Shown one piece after another: positions 50,003 through 61,063 of a DNA stretch of 64,000 nt (positions within the stretch are counted from its first letter, which is position 1; each line of letters opens with the position of its first letter). Both the position numbers and the translations under genes were made by a program. The stretch covers positions 896,001 through 960,000 of the forward strand of contig OZ243938.1 in assembly GCA_965214095.1 (NCBI GenBank). The letters run 5' to 3'. The stretch is from Candidatus Poribacteria bacterium. Lineage in GTDB: Bacteria; Poribacteria; WGA-4E; WGA-3G. The notes beneath the pieces were generated by a model. That model searched no databases. It saw nothing but the letters and a program-made list of their open reading frames with translations, and had not been told where the DNA came from.

Positions 50003-51682
50003 TTACGGAATTTGCAACTTATCTTTACAGTGTCGCGCAAGGGTTTTCATCTCACCAATAACCTGTGTTTCAGTTTGCATGAGTTGATTATAGAATGGTG
50101 GAACAGGTTCTCTTCCAAACAACTTATCAAAGAAACTACGTTGTGCCTCTATCGGCATCTCAAACCGAGATGTTTCTGCTCTTGAAGGATCTACGCCCAA
50201 ATACGCAATTGTAAAATAGTGCGATCCATCATCTTTTATAATCTCTCCATTCTGAATACTGCCGGTAATCTTCCGTCCATAACTCACGGAATAGACTCTA
50301 CCGGTCTTTTGACTCAGGACAGTATACCCACCCTCGTCAATCGATTCGTTCCAGCATTCCTCAAATCCATTCTGTGGAAGACGTTGGCGTAGTTCTTCTG
50401 CTGATCGCACGACAAAACTATTCTGATGTGGTGCCTTGGTGATAACGAATTCCTCGTTCTGCTCCTTAATTGGGTGTTGACCTGAAAGTAGGTCAACACC
50501 ATCAAGCGTCCAGACGACACCTGCTTGAATACCTTTTGCTAAGTTTTGGTGTGTCTCAACAAACTCGCCGTTGAGTGGATGAAGTTGGTAATCTCCATTT
50601 CCATTGAAAACCGCTCTCAATTTTCTCCGATGATCTATCACGGAGAACCGTTTATCAGGAAGCGGTATCTCTAACTGCATTGTATATCCTATATCCAAAT
50701 CTGTTGTGAGATTTAGTTGTGATTTACGGAGGTTGGCAAGCCGTGTCAATGCAGTTTGACTTTTGGATAAAACGCGTCCGATTAGATATTTACTACGAAG
50801 ATTAGGTATTTCAGTAGCAAGACACTCAAGTGTTGCTTCATCCAACTTCTCCAACATCACTTTGTGTTCCCAACGTGTGCCGCGTTCGTGTACAAGGATT
50901 TGAAACTGTTGTTTATTACCACTGGGACGAATATACCCAAGTGCAGTCCACGGGTCAAAGGTAGCACGATAATAGCCACTTGTTTCTGCATCACCGCCTG
51001 CTAAAACGCAATCCCGTCGTTCGTATCGGGAATAGAGACCGAATTGGAATTCATAAGATTCGTAGTTTTCCAAAGCTTTACGCAGATCATGTGCAAACTC
51101 ACTTCCTCGTGAAAACTTACTAAATATTTGTTCTGTCTGATGCGGCTGATTGAGAGCATCAAGGAAGGAACCGATTGGAATGCCTGCCTCCTCAACACCT
51201 TCGTCTTCACTTTTCCCGAACACCTTTGTTTTCGTTTTGAAGGGAGGATTGCGAAGTGTTACATCACGCTGTGAAACAAGTTGTAGAGCGGGATCGTCAG
51301 ACATACCTGCAAGTGTCGGTGCATCTCCAAGGATTTCAGCTAACTTTCTATCATCAATCTTATCCATTAACACCGTACCACGTTTGAGTTCAGCGAAATG
51401 GATAATATCATTAAGGCTATATTGTAGCGGGGCACTAGATGATAGGTTGTCGTAATTTGAACGATGGAAACGGATACGTGGCTTTATACGAAAGACAGGT
51501 GTGAGACCGTAATCTTTCAGCAACGCATACAAGGTCACCGTATACGACTCCTCATGCACTTTCTGTGCGAGAATACCGCCATCAGAGGTTAAATTGTTGA
51601 CGATTAACTGATCTTGTACAGGACTGCTATCATTGCCAAAAATCATCATCCTATGTTCTTCTCTATTGTCATCAACTAACAT
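50003..51682 (-). CDS. Hypothetical protein with a divergent VTC/CYTH (triphosphate-tunnel)-like N-terminal domain
   Basis: REEHR, KPRIRF, FAELKR, YERR...RATFD, WEHK and SKS match the order of VTC-domain motifs; assignment by eye. Confidence 0.5.
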   Translation of the reverse strand: MLVDDNREEHRMMIFGNDSSPVQDQLIVNNLTSDGGILAQKVHEESYTVTLYALLKDYGLTPVFRIKPRIRFHRSNYDNLSSSAPLQYSLNDIIHFAELKRGTVLMDKIDDRKLAEILGDAPTLAGMSDDPALQLVSQRDVTLRNPPFKTKTKVFGKSEDEGVEEAGIPIGSFLDALNQPHQTEQIFSKFSRGSEFAHDLRKALENYESYEFQFGLYSRYERRDCVLAGGDAETSGYYRATFDPWTALGYIRPSGNKQQFQILVHERGTRWEHKVMLEKLDEATLECLATEIPNLRSKYLIGRVLSKSQTALTRLANLRKSQLNLTTDLDIGYTMQLEIPLPDKRFSVIDHRRKLRAVFNGNGDYQLHPLNGEFVETHQNLAKGIQAGVVWTLDGVDLLSGQHPIKEQNEEFVITKAPHQNSFVVRSAEELRQRLPQNGFEECWNESIDEGGYTVLSQKTGRVYSVSYGRKITGSIQNGEIIKDDGSHYFTIAYLGVDPSRAETSRFEMPIEAQRSFFDKLFGREPVPPFYNQLMQTETQVIGEMKTLARHCKDKLQIP

Positions 51683-51820
51683 GAACTTTTCCTCCCCTGA
51701 TGTATACCAAATTGGCTTCCAGTGTTTTCTGACATGATTGCATGCGAGGTGCGGTTACCTTGTGCTACAATCTCGGATAATTAGGTATAGATTATTTCTC
51801 TCAGTGCCAAATTGATAGAT

Positions 51821-52795
51821 TTATTCCGAATTCAGTCTTTGTCTTGCCAGTGCGGCTGCACCAAGCACACCTGCATCATCCCCCAGTTCCGCTCTCACAA
51901 TCTGAACACCTTTTAACGTATCGGGTAAAGCATACTTCTTAGCGGCTTTACGTATATTTTTTATGAAATTCTTGTCAAGTGCTTCAACAACACCCCCACC
52001 AAGCACAATCATATCTGGATTTAGGAAATTTACAATAGAACCGATACCGACACCGAGATATTTTGTCGCCTTTTTAAAGACATTCTGTGTCAATTTGTCC
52101 TTACTCCGTAGTGCTTTGGCTAATGTGCCGCTGCGAATTTGCTGAAGGTCACCGTCAGTAAGCTTAGTAATGACACTCTTTTTTCCTTTTTTCATTATAG
52201 CATTTCTTAATTGTTTTGTCATCGCCGTACGGCTTGCAAGTGCTTCCAAACATCCACGATTCCCACAACCACACTTCGGTCCACCTTCTTGGACAATAAT
52301 ATGTCCAATTTCACCGGCAGTTTTGCTAGCTCCGTGGAATAGTTCACCGTTTAGAATGATTCCACCACCGATTCCTGTGCCAACAAAGATCCCAACCAAA
52401 TTCTGTACACCGCGTCCTGCGCCGTAAGTATGTTCTCCGAGTGTGCCGACGTTAACATCGTTGTCTACAAAAGTTGGAATTCCGATGCGAGCTTCTAATT
52501 CTGTCTTTAAAGGGACATCTTTCCAACCAAGATTCGGAGCGAAGATTACAACACCTGTTTCCGGATCAAGCGGCCCCGGTGCACCGATACCAATAGCACG
52601 AATCGTATCTTCAGATACTTCCGATTTTTGGAAAGCCTCCTTAATACAGTCCGAAATTCGATCAATAACAATAGATGTATCGTCTTTTGCTTGTGTCGGC
52701 ATTTTTGCTGTGGCTAAGATATTACCTGATGCATTCACAACTGCGGAGAGGATTTTGGTGCCACCCATATCCACCCCGATAACATTAGCGTCCAT
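51821..52795 (-). CDS. ROK-family sugar kinase (glucokinase-like)
   Basis: GVDMGGT, DNDVN, GTGIGGG, GEIGH, CGCGNRGCLE. Confidence 0.93.
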   Translation of the reverse strand: MDANVIGVDMGGTKILSAVVNASGNILATAKMPTQAKDDTSIVIDRISDCIKEAFQKSEVSEDTIRAIGIGAPGPLDPETGVVIFAPNLGWKDVPLKTELEARIGIPTFVDNDVNVGTLGEHTYGAGRGVQNLVGIFVGTGIGGGIILNGELFHGASKTAGEIGHIIVQEGGPKCGCGNRGCLEALASRTAMTKQLRNAIMKKGKKSVITKLTDGDLQQIRSGTLAKALRSKDKLTQNVFKKATKYLGVGIGSIVNFLNPDMIVLGGGVVEALDKNFIKNIRKAAKKYALPDTLKGVQIVRAELGDDAGVLGAAALARQRLNSE

Positions 52796-52841
52796 TATAA
52801 TTTCCTTTGTCTAATAGGTAATTTAAGATCTTGTAAAATTT

Positions 52842-53324
52842 CTATGTCGCAATAATCTCAAGGAGTTTTTGCTTAAAGTCCATTGCTGATAAATGCATCC
52901 ATTTATTTAGAAATGTATCATAGTCAGCAATACGATTGTTATGTGTGCGCGAGCAGAGGGTATCAACCCCAAGTAATTCATCAGACCCAAGTAATTCATC
53001 AGAATTGTAACTTGTCTTATGTTCTGTGAGGACACCCAAAATAACATCGTTGTCGTGAATATCACCAAGTATATCCTGCAGATCGACAATAGTGTCAAGA
53101 AAATCAGAAAACCGGCTGTCGTAATTGACGGCAAAGAATTCCATTGTGTACCGCAGTCTTTTCACAGAAATTCGCATGTTATGAAGTTCATCTCGTCGCT
53201 CTGGGTCATTAATATACTTTTCCCAACTGTACACCTCTTCAACTCTCTGTGGTAAAACGGTACGCGCGTTCTGACGAAAACTTTGCTTCGGATTGAGACC
53301 TATTATTTTCTGTGGCTTTGCCAT
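52842..53324 (-). CDS. CHAD domain protein, C-terminal half
   Basis: LHNMRISVKRLRYTMEFF...LQDILGDIHD. Confidence 0.85.
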   Translation of the reverse strand: MAKPQKIIGLNPKQSFRQNARTVLPQRVEEVYSWEKYINDPERRDELHNMRISVKRLRYTMEFFAVNYDSRFSDFLDTIVDLQDILGDIHDNDVILGVLTEHKTSYNSDELLGSDELLGVDTLCSRTHNNRIADYDTFLNKWMHLSAMDFKQKLLEIIAT

Positions 53325-53325
53325 G

Positions 53326-53811
53326 TTACCCCTCCGATTGAAAGAATGTCAGAAATTTAGTTTCAAAGTCATTTACTTCAAGTTCAGCAAACAATTCCAA
53401 CATCGGTTTTCGTGCAATTTCCCGTTTCTGTTGTAAGTTTTCAATCAGTCCATGGATATCACTTTGTTCCTCGGCAGGTAGCGTTTGCAACTCCGATTGA
53501 AAATGTGTAATGAGAACATCAAGGTCACGGACTACCCCCATCGTTCGCGTTATAGTGCGTATCTGTTTGTAGTATCGCTTGAAAGGTTCTCTTTGAAAGC
53601 AATCCGAGAAGTTATCCATTGCAGCTCGTATACGACGAGAGGCAACCCTCATATCGTGGACGAATTCAATATTTGTGCCATCTATTGCCCCATTTTTGTG
53701 AGACATCATCTCTCGGAAATAGCCGACAATAATTAGTCGTGCACAGGTTTCCATATTCTCATTGGGTGCGACACCTTTGATTTCTATTGCAGCAGACATT
53801 TTAACACCCAT
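53326..53811 (-). CDS. CHAD domain protein, N-terminal half
   Basis: VHDMRVASRRIRAAM...MGVVRDLDV. Confidence 0.85.
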   Translation of the reverse strand: MGVKMSAAIEIKGVAPNENMETCARLIIVGYFREMMSHKNGAIDGTNIEFVHDMRVASRRIRAAMDNFSDCFQREPFKRYYKQIRTITRTMGVVRDLDVLITHFQSELQTLPAEEQSDIHGLIENLQQKREIARKPMLELFAELEVNDFETKFLTFFQSEG

Positions 53812-54163
53812 TATATCATACCACTTTTATAAATGATATTCCCTTTTTTATTGATAGGGTTATTTAGTTTTCGGTTTTTCTGCTATATTTTTCACATTTC
53901 AATATAACACCTGTAGGTCGGGTAGAGGCACGAAACCCGACAAGCATTGAACGTGTCGGGTTTCGCTTTGCTCTACCCGACCTACGATATAAACTCTTAG
54001 TAACGTTCATCAATTGAAAATTATTAAAACTAAATAACCCTGTTTTATTGAAATGTAAGAGGCGCAATAAATTGCTCAACTACAAATCAACTATTTCATT
54101 AATGGTATGTTCATTTTAGAATGGTATCATTAGCAATGAATACATTTTTTCCTACCCCAGTGC

Positions 54164-55564
54164 TCAAAAAAGGAATAAACTTGCAAACAGAAAGTAGGCA
54201 AAAATCCCAATGACATCAATTGCAGTTGTAACGAATGGTCCTGTTGCAACAGCAGGATCAATATTCACACGTTTGAAAAACATCGGAATGATTGTTCCAA
54301 CCGTAGCAGCAATTATCATATTCACAAAGATAGAAAGAGCAACGACAAGTGGCAACTTCCATGCAAATTCTCGGAATTGCGGAAAAAGATAAGCGAATCC
54401 TCCGAGAAGCACACCATAAGTTGTACCGAGTAATGCCCCTGTGTTAAATTCACGCCACAAGACACGCCAAGTATCTTTGATGCCAACTTCACCAATTGCT
54501 ATACTTCGCACGATGATGGTGGAGGATTGAGTTCCTATATTTCCACCCATCCCCATGATGACAGGAATAAATGCGGCTAACGCAGCGATCTGTTTCAATT
54601 GTGCTTCAAATATACCGATAACATATACCGCCAGTAACCCACCTGCAAAACTGGCAAGTAGCCACGGCAAACGTGCTCGCGTGTTTCTGAAAATGGAACG
54701 GGATGTAATATCCAGATCACCTGTTCCTGCCATCTTAAGCATATCTTCTGTATTCTCTTCTCTGATCACATCAACGATATCGTCAATTGTTACAACACCC
54801 ACTAACTTCCCGATGCTATTGATGACAGGAATTGCCAGCAAATTGTAACGAGCAACTGCACGTGCCACCGTTTCTTGTGGCATATCCGTATGAACAGTAT
54901 ATAGATGCGATGTCATTAGATCCTTGAGTGGCGTATCAGGTTTTGTTTGCACCAGCTGCCGTAATGATAACACACCTTTTAGTGTGTTTTCTGCATCAAC
55001 GACATAGACGTAGAAGGTAATCGGCGGTATGTCTATTTCAGTGAGATCCCGTATCATCTCAGTTGCTTCAGCGGCAGTGGTCTCTTGAGGTAATGCGAAA
55101 TAATTCGGTGACATAATCGCACCCGCAGTTTTTTCCTCATACTCAAGTAACCGTTCAACATTTTCAGAGGTAGTTCCCTCAATGAGATTTAGTAGTTCCT
55201 CCTTTTTCTCTTCAGGTAATTCGGATAGGATCTGTGTGACATCGTCAGCGGGAATTGTGTGTAAGACACTGGCAACAGTTTCAGGTTCAGTTTCTTCAAC
55301 AAATTCGTTGATGTCTGTAGCGTTTAGTTCGCATAGGACCTCACCCATACGTTGTTCTTCAATTAGAAGCGTGAAAAGGCTGCTTTTTTCTTCAAAACGT
55401 AGGCGCGGAAACCATCTCGCGATATCTGCCGAATGCGTTTTAGCGATGATGTTACGAAGATTTGGCAAGGCACGCCGTTGAATCAAACGAACAACGGTAG
55501 AGATAAACAGTTCATCAACATCATGTGTTGTGATGATTGTTTGACCTTCCATATTTGTGCTCAA
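54164..55564 (-). CDS. mgtE: Magnesium transporter MgtE
   Basis: N-domain, CBS pair (TAGAIM, G.VTIDD), R.PWL, GGNIGTQ, DPA.ATGPF.T...D. Confidence 0.96.
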   Translation of the reverse strand: MSTNMEGQTIITTHDVDELFISTVVRLIQRRALPNLRNIIAKTHSADIARWFPRLRFEEKSSLFTLLIEEQRMGEVLCELNATDINEFVEETEPETVASVLHTIPADDVTQILSELPEEKKEELLNLIEGTTSENVERLLEYEEKTAGAIMSPNYFALPQETTAAEATEMIRDLTEIDIPPITFYVYVVDAENTLKGVLSLRQLVQTKPDTPLKDLMTSHLYTVHTDMPQETVARAVARYNLLAIPVINSIGKLVGVVTIDDIVDVIREENTEDMLKMAGTGDLDITSRSIFRNTRARLPWLLASFAGGLLAVYVIGIFEAQLKQIAALAAFIPVIMGMGGNIGTQSSTIIVRSIAIGEVGIKDTWRVLWREFNTGALLGTTYGVLLGGFAYLFPQFREFAWKLPLVVALSIFVNMIIAATVGTIIPMFFKRVNIDPAVATGPFVTTAIDVIGIFAYFLFASLFLF

Positions 55565-55588
55565 GAATAATTTTCTATGGTGGTAATT

Positions 55589-56662
55589 TTAGGACTTTGC
55601 TTGGTGGCGGAGTAGATGATCAGTAAGCACGAGTGCTGCCATCGCCTCAACGATTGCTGGTGCACGAATTAACACACACGGGTCGTGTCGTCCGCTTGCT
55701 TCTAATGTCACCTCGTTCCCGTCTATGTCAACCGTCTGTTGTGGTTTACCAATAGTTGCTGTTGGCTTAAATGCGATTTGGAATACGATATTTTCTCCGT
55801 TTGAAATGCCACCTTGTGTGCCTCCCGAATTGTTAGTTCTGGTGCGAATCTGTCCAGACTCATTGTAGAATGCATCGTTGTGTTCAGAACCAGTCATCGT
55901 AATACCGTCAAATCCTGATCCGATTTGAAACCCCATCGTTGCGGGTAGAGACATCATCCCCTTTGCTAAATCAGCTTTAAGTTTGTCAAAGACAGGTTCT
56001 CCGAGACCTACCGGAACGTTACGGCATACGGATTCAATTATACCACCGAGAGAATCCTTATCACGCCGTGCCTGATCAATACGTTCTGCCATTTTTGGAC
56101 TTACAATTGGGTCAGGACATCGCACAGGACTTGCTTCTATTTCATCATGCGTAACCGTGTCTGCATCTACTGTGGCTTGGAGTGTATGTATCTGTTTGAC
56201 ATAAGCGAGTGTTTCAGTTTCACATCTCACATGTAGGATCTGCTTTGCAATTGCCCCTGCAGCGACGCGTCCGATGGTCTCGCGTGCACTTGCTCTACCA
56301 CCACCTTGCCAATTCCGAATACCATACTTTTCCTGATAAGTAAAGTCAGCATGTGACGGACGGTATAGGTTTTTCAGGTGTTCATAAGCGGATGGTCGTG
56401 CGTCCTTGTTCCATACTAACATAGAGATAGGCGTGCCGAGGCTTTTTCCTTCAAACACACCAGAAAGTATTTCAACAACGTCTGCCTCTTGACGCGGCGT
56501 AGTCAGATGACTTTGCCCAGGTCTCCTCCGATGAAGTTCATACTGTATAGCGTCTATGTCTATATCAATCTGTGGAGGGCACCCATCTATCACAACACCG
56601 ACAGCACCACCATGGGATTCACCCCAAGTTGTTATTCGAAAAAGGTGTCCAAAAGTATTCAT
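55589..56662 (-). CDS. aroC: Chorismate synthase
   Basis: TWGESHG, RRRPGQS, RPSHAD, SARET, NNSGG..GGISNG, RHDPC. Confidence 0.98.
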   Translation of the reverse strand: MNTFGHLFRITTWGESHGGAVGVVIDGCPPQIDIDIDAIQYELHRRRPGQSHLTTPRQEADVVEILSGVFEGKSLGTPISMLVWNKDARPSAYEHLKNLYRPSHADFTYQEKYGIRNWQGGGRASARETIGRVAAGAIAKQILHVRCETETLAYVKQIHTLQATVDADTVTHDEIEASPVRCPDPIVSPKMAERIDQARRDKDSLGGIIESVCRNVPVGLGEPVFDKLKADLAKGMMSLPATMGFQIGSGFDGITMTGSEHNDAFYNESGQIRTRTNNSGGTQGGISNGENIVFQIAFKPTATIGKPQQTVDIDGNEVTLEASGRHDPCVLIRAPAIVEAMAALVLTDHLLRHQAKS

Positions 56663-56853
56663 TTCTCAGTTCCGTTACAAACGGTTAGTCAAGTATATCT
56701 CTTCATTGCATCTTATTACATAATCTTAAGATATACTATAGCAAATTGTCAACAATCATGCAATGCAATATTTGAAGGGCATTCCACAGCATTAGATTGG
56801 GAAAAGATAGAGGAGTAATACAAGTTATGCAAAACTTGGATCATAGAGATACT

Positions 56854-57696
56854 TTAGAACTGTATCTCTGCTGAAATAAAATCAGACACTGTAGGTCCTT
56901 CATATATTCGTCCATAATTGACAATTACATCAATGATCCGCAGACCAACACCAGCAGTTATATTTCCATCAGAACTTCCGACTCGCATAGAAAATAAGGA
57001 TGATGGCACCCATTCAATACCGAAGTATTGTTCATGCTTTGCCTCCTCAGTTGAGATTGCGATGTCTGCAGAAAATAGATAGGTATCATGACGGTAGGCA
57101 GCACCGAGTGTGACCCACTGAATTCTATGTGCATCAAGATTCTGTAACAAGATTCCAAATTTGAGTTCTGGACGCGGTTTAAACAGCAAACCGATGTCAT
57201 AAGATGTGTGATAACCGAAGAATTGATAATAATCGGAAGGATGCCGACGTTTGAATTTTAGACTAAATCCCGCAGCAAAATACGGACCAAGTTGCCGTGC
57301 AAAACTGTAATAATTAAAATCTGGAACCCCACTTGATACATCAAGTGCAATTTTATTACCCCAATACAAACTGTTGCCACGCCAACTAAATCCAACACCT
57401 TTGGGGTCAAACCGGTAATAGTACTGGTCATGAAACTTAGTTAGACCGAATAGTTTAACGCCTTGCCACTGAATTAATCCTGCGGGATTCCAAAAACCTG
57501 CGGTAGCATCATCAGCAACTGCGGTAAAGGCGTTTCCCATTGATAATGCGCGTGCCCCCACATATAACGGACGTGCAATTTCAAACGGATATTTCGTTTG
57601 TCCCAATGCGTGTGTTGTCAACAACAGAAAACAAGTTGCAATGACACATATATGAAGAATCTTAAAACAACGTCCTGAAAACCCTATTCCAATCAT
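56854..57696 (-). CDS. Outer-membrane beta-barrel, PorV/UPF0164/FadL-like N-terminal motif
   Basis: GARALSMGNAFTAVADDATAGFWNPAGL; C-terminal Phe. Confidence 0.8.
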   Translation of the reverse strand: MIGIGFSGRCFKILHICVIATCFLLLTTHALGQTKYPFEIARPLYVGARALSMGNAFTAVADDATAGFWNPAGLIQWQGVKLFGLTKFHDQYYYRFDPKGVGFSWRGNSLYWGNKIALDVSSGVPDFNYYSFARQLGPYFAAGFSLKFKRRHPSDYYQFFGYHTSYDIGLLFKPRPELKFGILLQNLDAHRIQWVTLGAAYRHDTYLFSADIAISTEEAKHEQYFGIEWVPSSLFSMRVGSSDGNITAGVGLRIIDVIVNYGRIYEGPTVSDFISAEIQF

Positions 57697-58058
57697 TATT
57701 TTCCTATAGATTATTTGTTATACCATTTCTATAAATGTTTATTCCATTAACAAATGTTTATTCCATTAACATTTGTTAAGAATGTCTTGTAGGATGGCAC
57801 AAACTGGCAGTTTGTGCTACAAAAATGCGGTGTTTTCTATTAGAAATGGTATTAGTATTTGCATAATATCTTTTTGCCAATTGTAATAAATCAAGACTAT
57901 CTAAAGTATAGTATAGTCAGATGCTGATGTCAAGATGCATAAAATTGCTTTGCTTGCATCAATACACATCATCTGCTAAAATAAGACATCCATCTGAACA
58001 AAAAACCACAGCTGATTTATGAAATCAACTTGTAGAATTTCTGACCTATCACAGTAAT

Positions 58059-58739
58059 ATGAATCAATCTGAATCTGGCATCCTTTACCTCGTTAGTACA
58101 CCCATCGGTAATTTAGAAGACATCACCCTGCGCGCACTTCGCATTCTCAAAGAGGTAGACCTCATCGCTGCAGAAGACACCCGAAAAACACGCAGACTTC
58201 TATCACACTATGAGATCAAAACCCCTCTCACGAGTTATTTTGAAGGCAACCAGCAGGTAAAAGCAGAAAAACTCGTTGCAAGGTTAAAGGCAGGAGAATC
58301 TATTGCACTCGTATCAGACGCTGGTACACCGATTATTTCAGATCCCGGCTACCCACTCCTACAAGAATGTATTGCTGAATCTATCCCAATTGTGCCGATA
58401 CCCGGTGCATCAGCAATTCTTGCGGCAGCCGCTGTCTCCGGTCTCCCACTTCATAACTTCACATTTCATGGCTTTCTCTCACCGAAATCCGGCAAACGGA
58501 AACGACAATTAGCACTGCTTGCAGAGGAAGAACGCACACTTATCCTGTTTGAGTCACCGCATAGACTCTGTCGTTTCCTTGAGGACGCAATGGCTGTGAT
58601 GGGGGAACGTGATATTGTGATTACACGTGAATTAACCAAAAAATTTGAAGAGATATTCAGAGGCAATATCAGTCAGGCACTTGAAAAATTCAGAAATACT
58701 GCCCCCCGTGGGGAATTTACTATCGTAATTGGAGCATGA
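58059..58739 (+). CDS. rsmI: 16S rRNA (cytidine-1402-2'-O)-methyltransferase
   Basis: LYLVSTPIGNLEDIT.RA, AEDTR, SDAGTP.ISDPG, FESPHR, RELTKKFEE. Confidence 0.97.
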   Translation: MNQSESGILYLVSTPIGNLEDITLRALRILKEVDLIAAEDTRKTRRLLSHYEIKTPLTSYFEGNQQVKAEKLVARLKAGESIALVSDAGTPIISDPGYPLLQECIAESIPIVPIPGASAILAAAAVSGLPLHNFTFHGFLSPKSGKRKRQLALLAEEERTLILFESPHRLCRFLEDAMAVMGERDIVITRELTKKFEEIFRGNISQALEKFRNTAPRGEFTIVIGA

Positions 58740-59695
58740 AATTGTCTAAAAGAAAAATGAAGGATATTAACAACATAGCAGTCATCGGTGCGGGATTGAT
58801 GGGACACGGTATCGCACAAGAGTTTGCTTGTGCTGGCTATCGTGTCTATATCCATGACATTTCCGATGATCTACTTCACAATGCCCGCGAACAGATTGAC
58901 AGAAACTTAAAACTACTTGCAGAACACGGTATTATTGAACAATCGAATATACCCGAAACACTGCAACGCATTGAGACCACAACTGAACTTTTAGCTGCCG
59001 TTGAAGCAGCTGATTATGTTGTAGAAGCAGTAACCGAGAATCTGCCGTTAAAACAACAGATTTTTGAGAAATTGGACAACTTGTGTCAACCACATACTAT
59101 TTTAGCAAGCAACACAACAGCGTTGATGCCGAGTCAGATAGGTATTAACACCAAACGTCCGGATAAGATACTCAACACACACTACTTTAATCCACCATAC
59201 TTGATTCCCCTTGTTGAGTTAATTCGGAGTCCCAACACATCTGATGAGACGGTATCTGTGACGTTTGACCTCTTAACTGCTATTGGAAAGACACCTGCTA
59301 TTATTGAGAAAGAAGCACTCGGATTTGTGGGACCGAGACTACAAGCAGCTCTCATCAGAGAAGCATTTGCGATTGTTGAACAGGGGATTGCCAGTGCTGA
59401 GACGGTTGATCTTGTCGTGCGTAATAGTTTTGGAAGACGACTTAGTGTTGCCGGACCTTTTGAAGTCTTTGAACTCGCTGGATGGGATTTGGTGCTTGCC
59501 GCCTTTGAAGAACTCTATAAAGACCTAAACAGTTCTCCCGATATCAATCCGCTTCTGCAAGAGATGGTGAATTCAGGGAAACTCGGAGTGAAATCTGGAG
59601 AAGGATTTTATCAATGGACTGATGAACGACAGCAAACCCTCCGCGACAAAATGAGTCAGGCATTGATTCATGCTATGAAAGAGGAGGAGAAATAG
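58736..59695 (+). CDS. 3-hydroxyacyl-CoA dehydrogenase family protein
   Basis: GAGLMGHGIA, EAV.E...KQ, ASNT, HYFNPP..IPLVE. Confidence 0.92.
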   Translation: MKLSKRKMKDINNIAVIGAGLMGHGIAQEFACAGYRVYIHDISDDLLHNAREQIDRNLKLLAEHGIIEQSNIPETLQRIETTTELLAAVEAADYVVEAVTENLPLKQQIFEKLDNLCQPHTILASNTTALMPSQIGINTKRPDKILNTHYFNPPYLIPLVELIRSPNTSDETVSVTFDLLTAIGKTPAIIEKEALGFVGPRLQAALIREAFAIVEQGIASAETVDLVVRNSFGRRLSVAGPFEVFELAGWDLVLAAFEELYKDLNSSPDINPLLQEMVNSGKLGVKSGEGFYQWTDERQQTLRDKMSQALIHAMKEEEK

Positions 59696-59826
59696 TGTGG
59701 CATCAATCGTAAGGTTATATTTAGTCTTTATCAGTTACATACTCTCACAATAATTGGCACGAACAAGCATAAACCAATTGACACCATATATGCTTTAAGG
59801 TAAATTCATTTCAAAATAACCTCATA

Positions 59827-60055
59827 ATACCATTTCTATAAATGTTTATCCCATTAACATTTGTTAAGAATGTCTTAAACGATGGCACAAACTGGATGAA
59901 GATTAAGAAATAAATAGGATAATTTCCTTGAGAAGTCCGGTGCGGTTAGGAAACCGCACCTACCGGGTTTGGGAAAATGAGAATTACCCGTTTAATAAAT
60001 TAATCTTCATGCAGTTTGTGCTACAAAATGCGGTGTTTTCAATTAGAAATGGTAT
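59827..60055. repeat. MITE with a second MITE nested in the centre of its palindrome
   Basis: Compared with the empty copy at 57720-57852; insert ~59896-60010 bounded by atgaagattaa / ttaatcttcat. Confidence 0.75.
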
Positions 60056-60078
60056 AACTACAAAAAAGGAATAGGCTC

Positions 60079-61050
60079 ATGATTAAAATAGGTGTTATCG
60101 GCGTAGGGGGCATGGGAAATGGACACTGCAACTCGCTCCCGAATGTAGAAAACTGTGAATTTGTAGGTGTTGCTGACTTGCGGCTTGATGCTGCACAAGC
60201 AGTTGCAGAAAAGCACAACATCAAGGCATTCCAAGACTATCATGAACTCCTTGCGCTCGTTGATGGTGTTGTTATTGCCACACCACCTGTCGCACATACC
60301 AAAGTTGTCGTTGATGCTGCAGAAGCAGGGGTTCATGCCTTCTGTGAAAAGCCATTATCATTGACACTTGATGAATCTGACGAGATGATTGCTGCACATG
60401 ATAAAGCAAGTACACATCTGATGGTCGGACAAGTTCTTCGTTTTTATCCTGTGCATGAACTCGGTAGAAAGATGGTGGATGATGGCGAAATTGGCGATGT
60501 TGTCTATATTGAAACAGATTATACTGGTCCCTACAATGCTCCACGCAATCGTCCAGAGAGTTGGTATGGCACTGTGGGTGGATTGTTAGAAAATGGCATT
60601 CACAAATCCGATTTAATCAACTGGTTCGGTGGTACGCCACTCACCGTTGCTGCGGAAGTTGGTAGTTTTTCTGGACATGACGACTGGGAGGATTATACCG
60701 TCTCCCTTATCAGATACGATACAGATGTAGTCGGTATCCTCAGATGGGGTGGTTTTCTTGGTGCGCGTGGCACAAACGATACTATTATTGATGGTTCTGA
60801 GGGGTCACTCCGTCTTGACATGGGAGCGGATGTTGCTTACATCAAAAGGCGCGGAAGCGGCGACTGGGAAGAGGTCGTTCCTGATCGTTCTGGACCGAGT
60901 CACGTTGTCGGTGAACTGACACATTTTGTTGAATGTATCCGTGATAACAAGACACCGATAATTGACGGTAGGGGTGGGAAAGATGCCGTTGCTGTAGTTT
61001 TAGCTACATATCAATCAGCAAAAGAGAAGACGAAGGTATCTCTCGTTTAG
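60079..61050 (+). CDS. Gfo/Idh/MocA family oxidoreductase
   Basis: GVGGMG, CEKP, GGLLENGIH..D. Confidence 0.93.
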   Translation: MIKIGVIGVGGMGNGHCNSLPNVENCEFVGVADLRLDAAQAVAEKHNIKAFQDYHELLALVDGVVIATPPVAHTKVVVDAAEAGVHAFCEKPLSLTLDESDEMIAAHDKASTHLMVGQVLRFYPVHELGRKMVDDGEIGDVVYIETDYTGPYNAPRNRPESWYGTVGGLLENGIHKSDLINWFGGTPLTVAAEVGSFSGHDDWEDYTVSLIRYDTDVVGILRWGGFLGARGTNDTIIDGSEGSLRLDMGADVAYIKRRGSGDWEEVVPDRSGPSHVVGELTHFVECIRDNKTPIIDGRGGKDAVAVVLATYQSAKEKTKVSLV

Positions 61051-61063
61051 GCAACTTCAGCAA

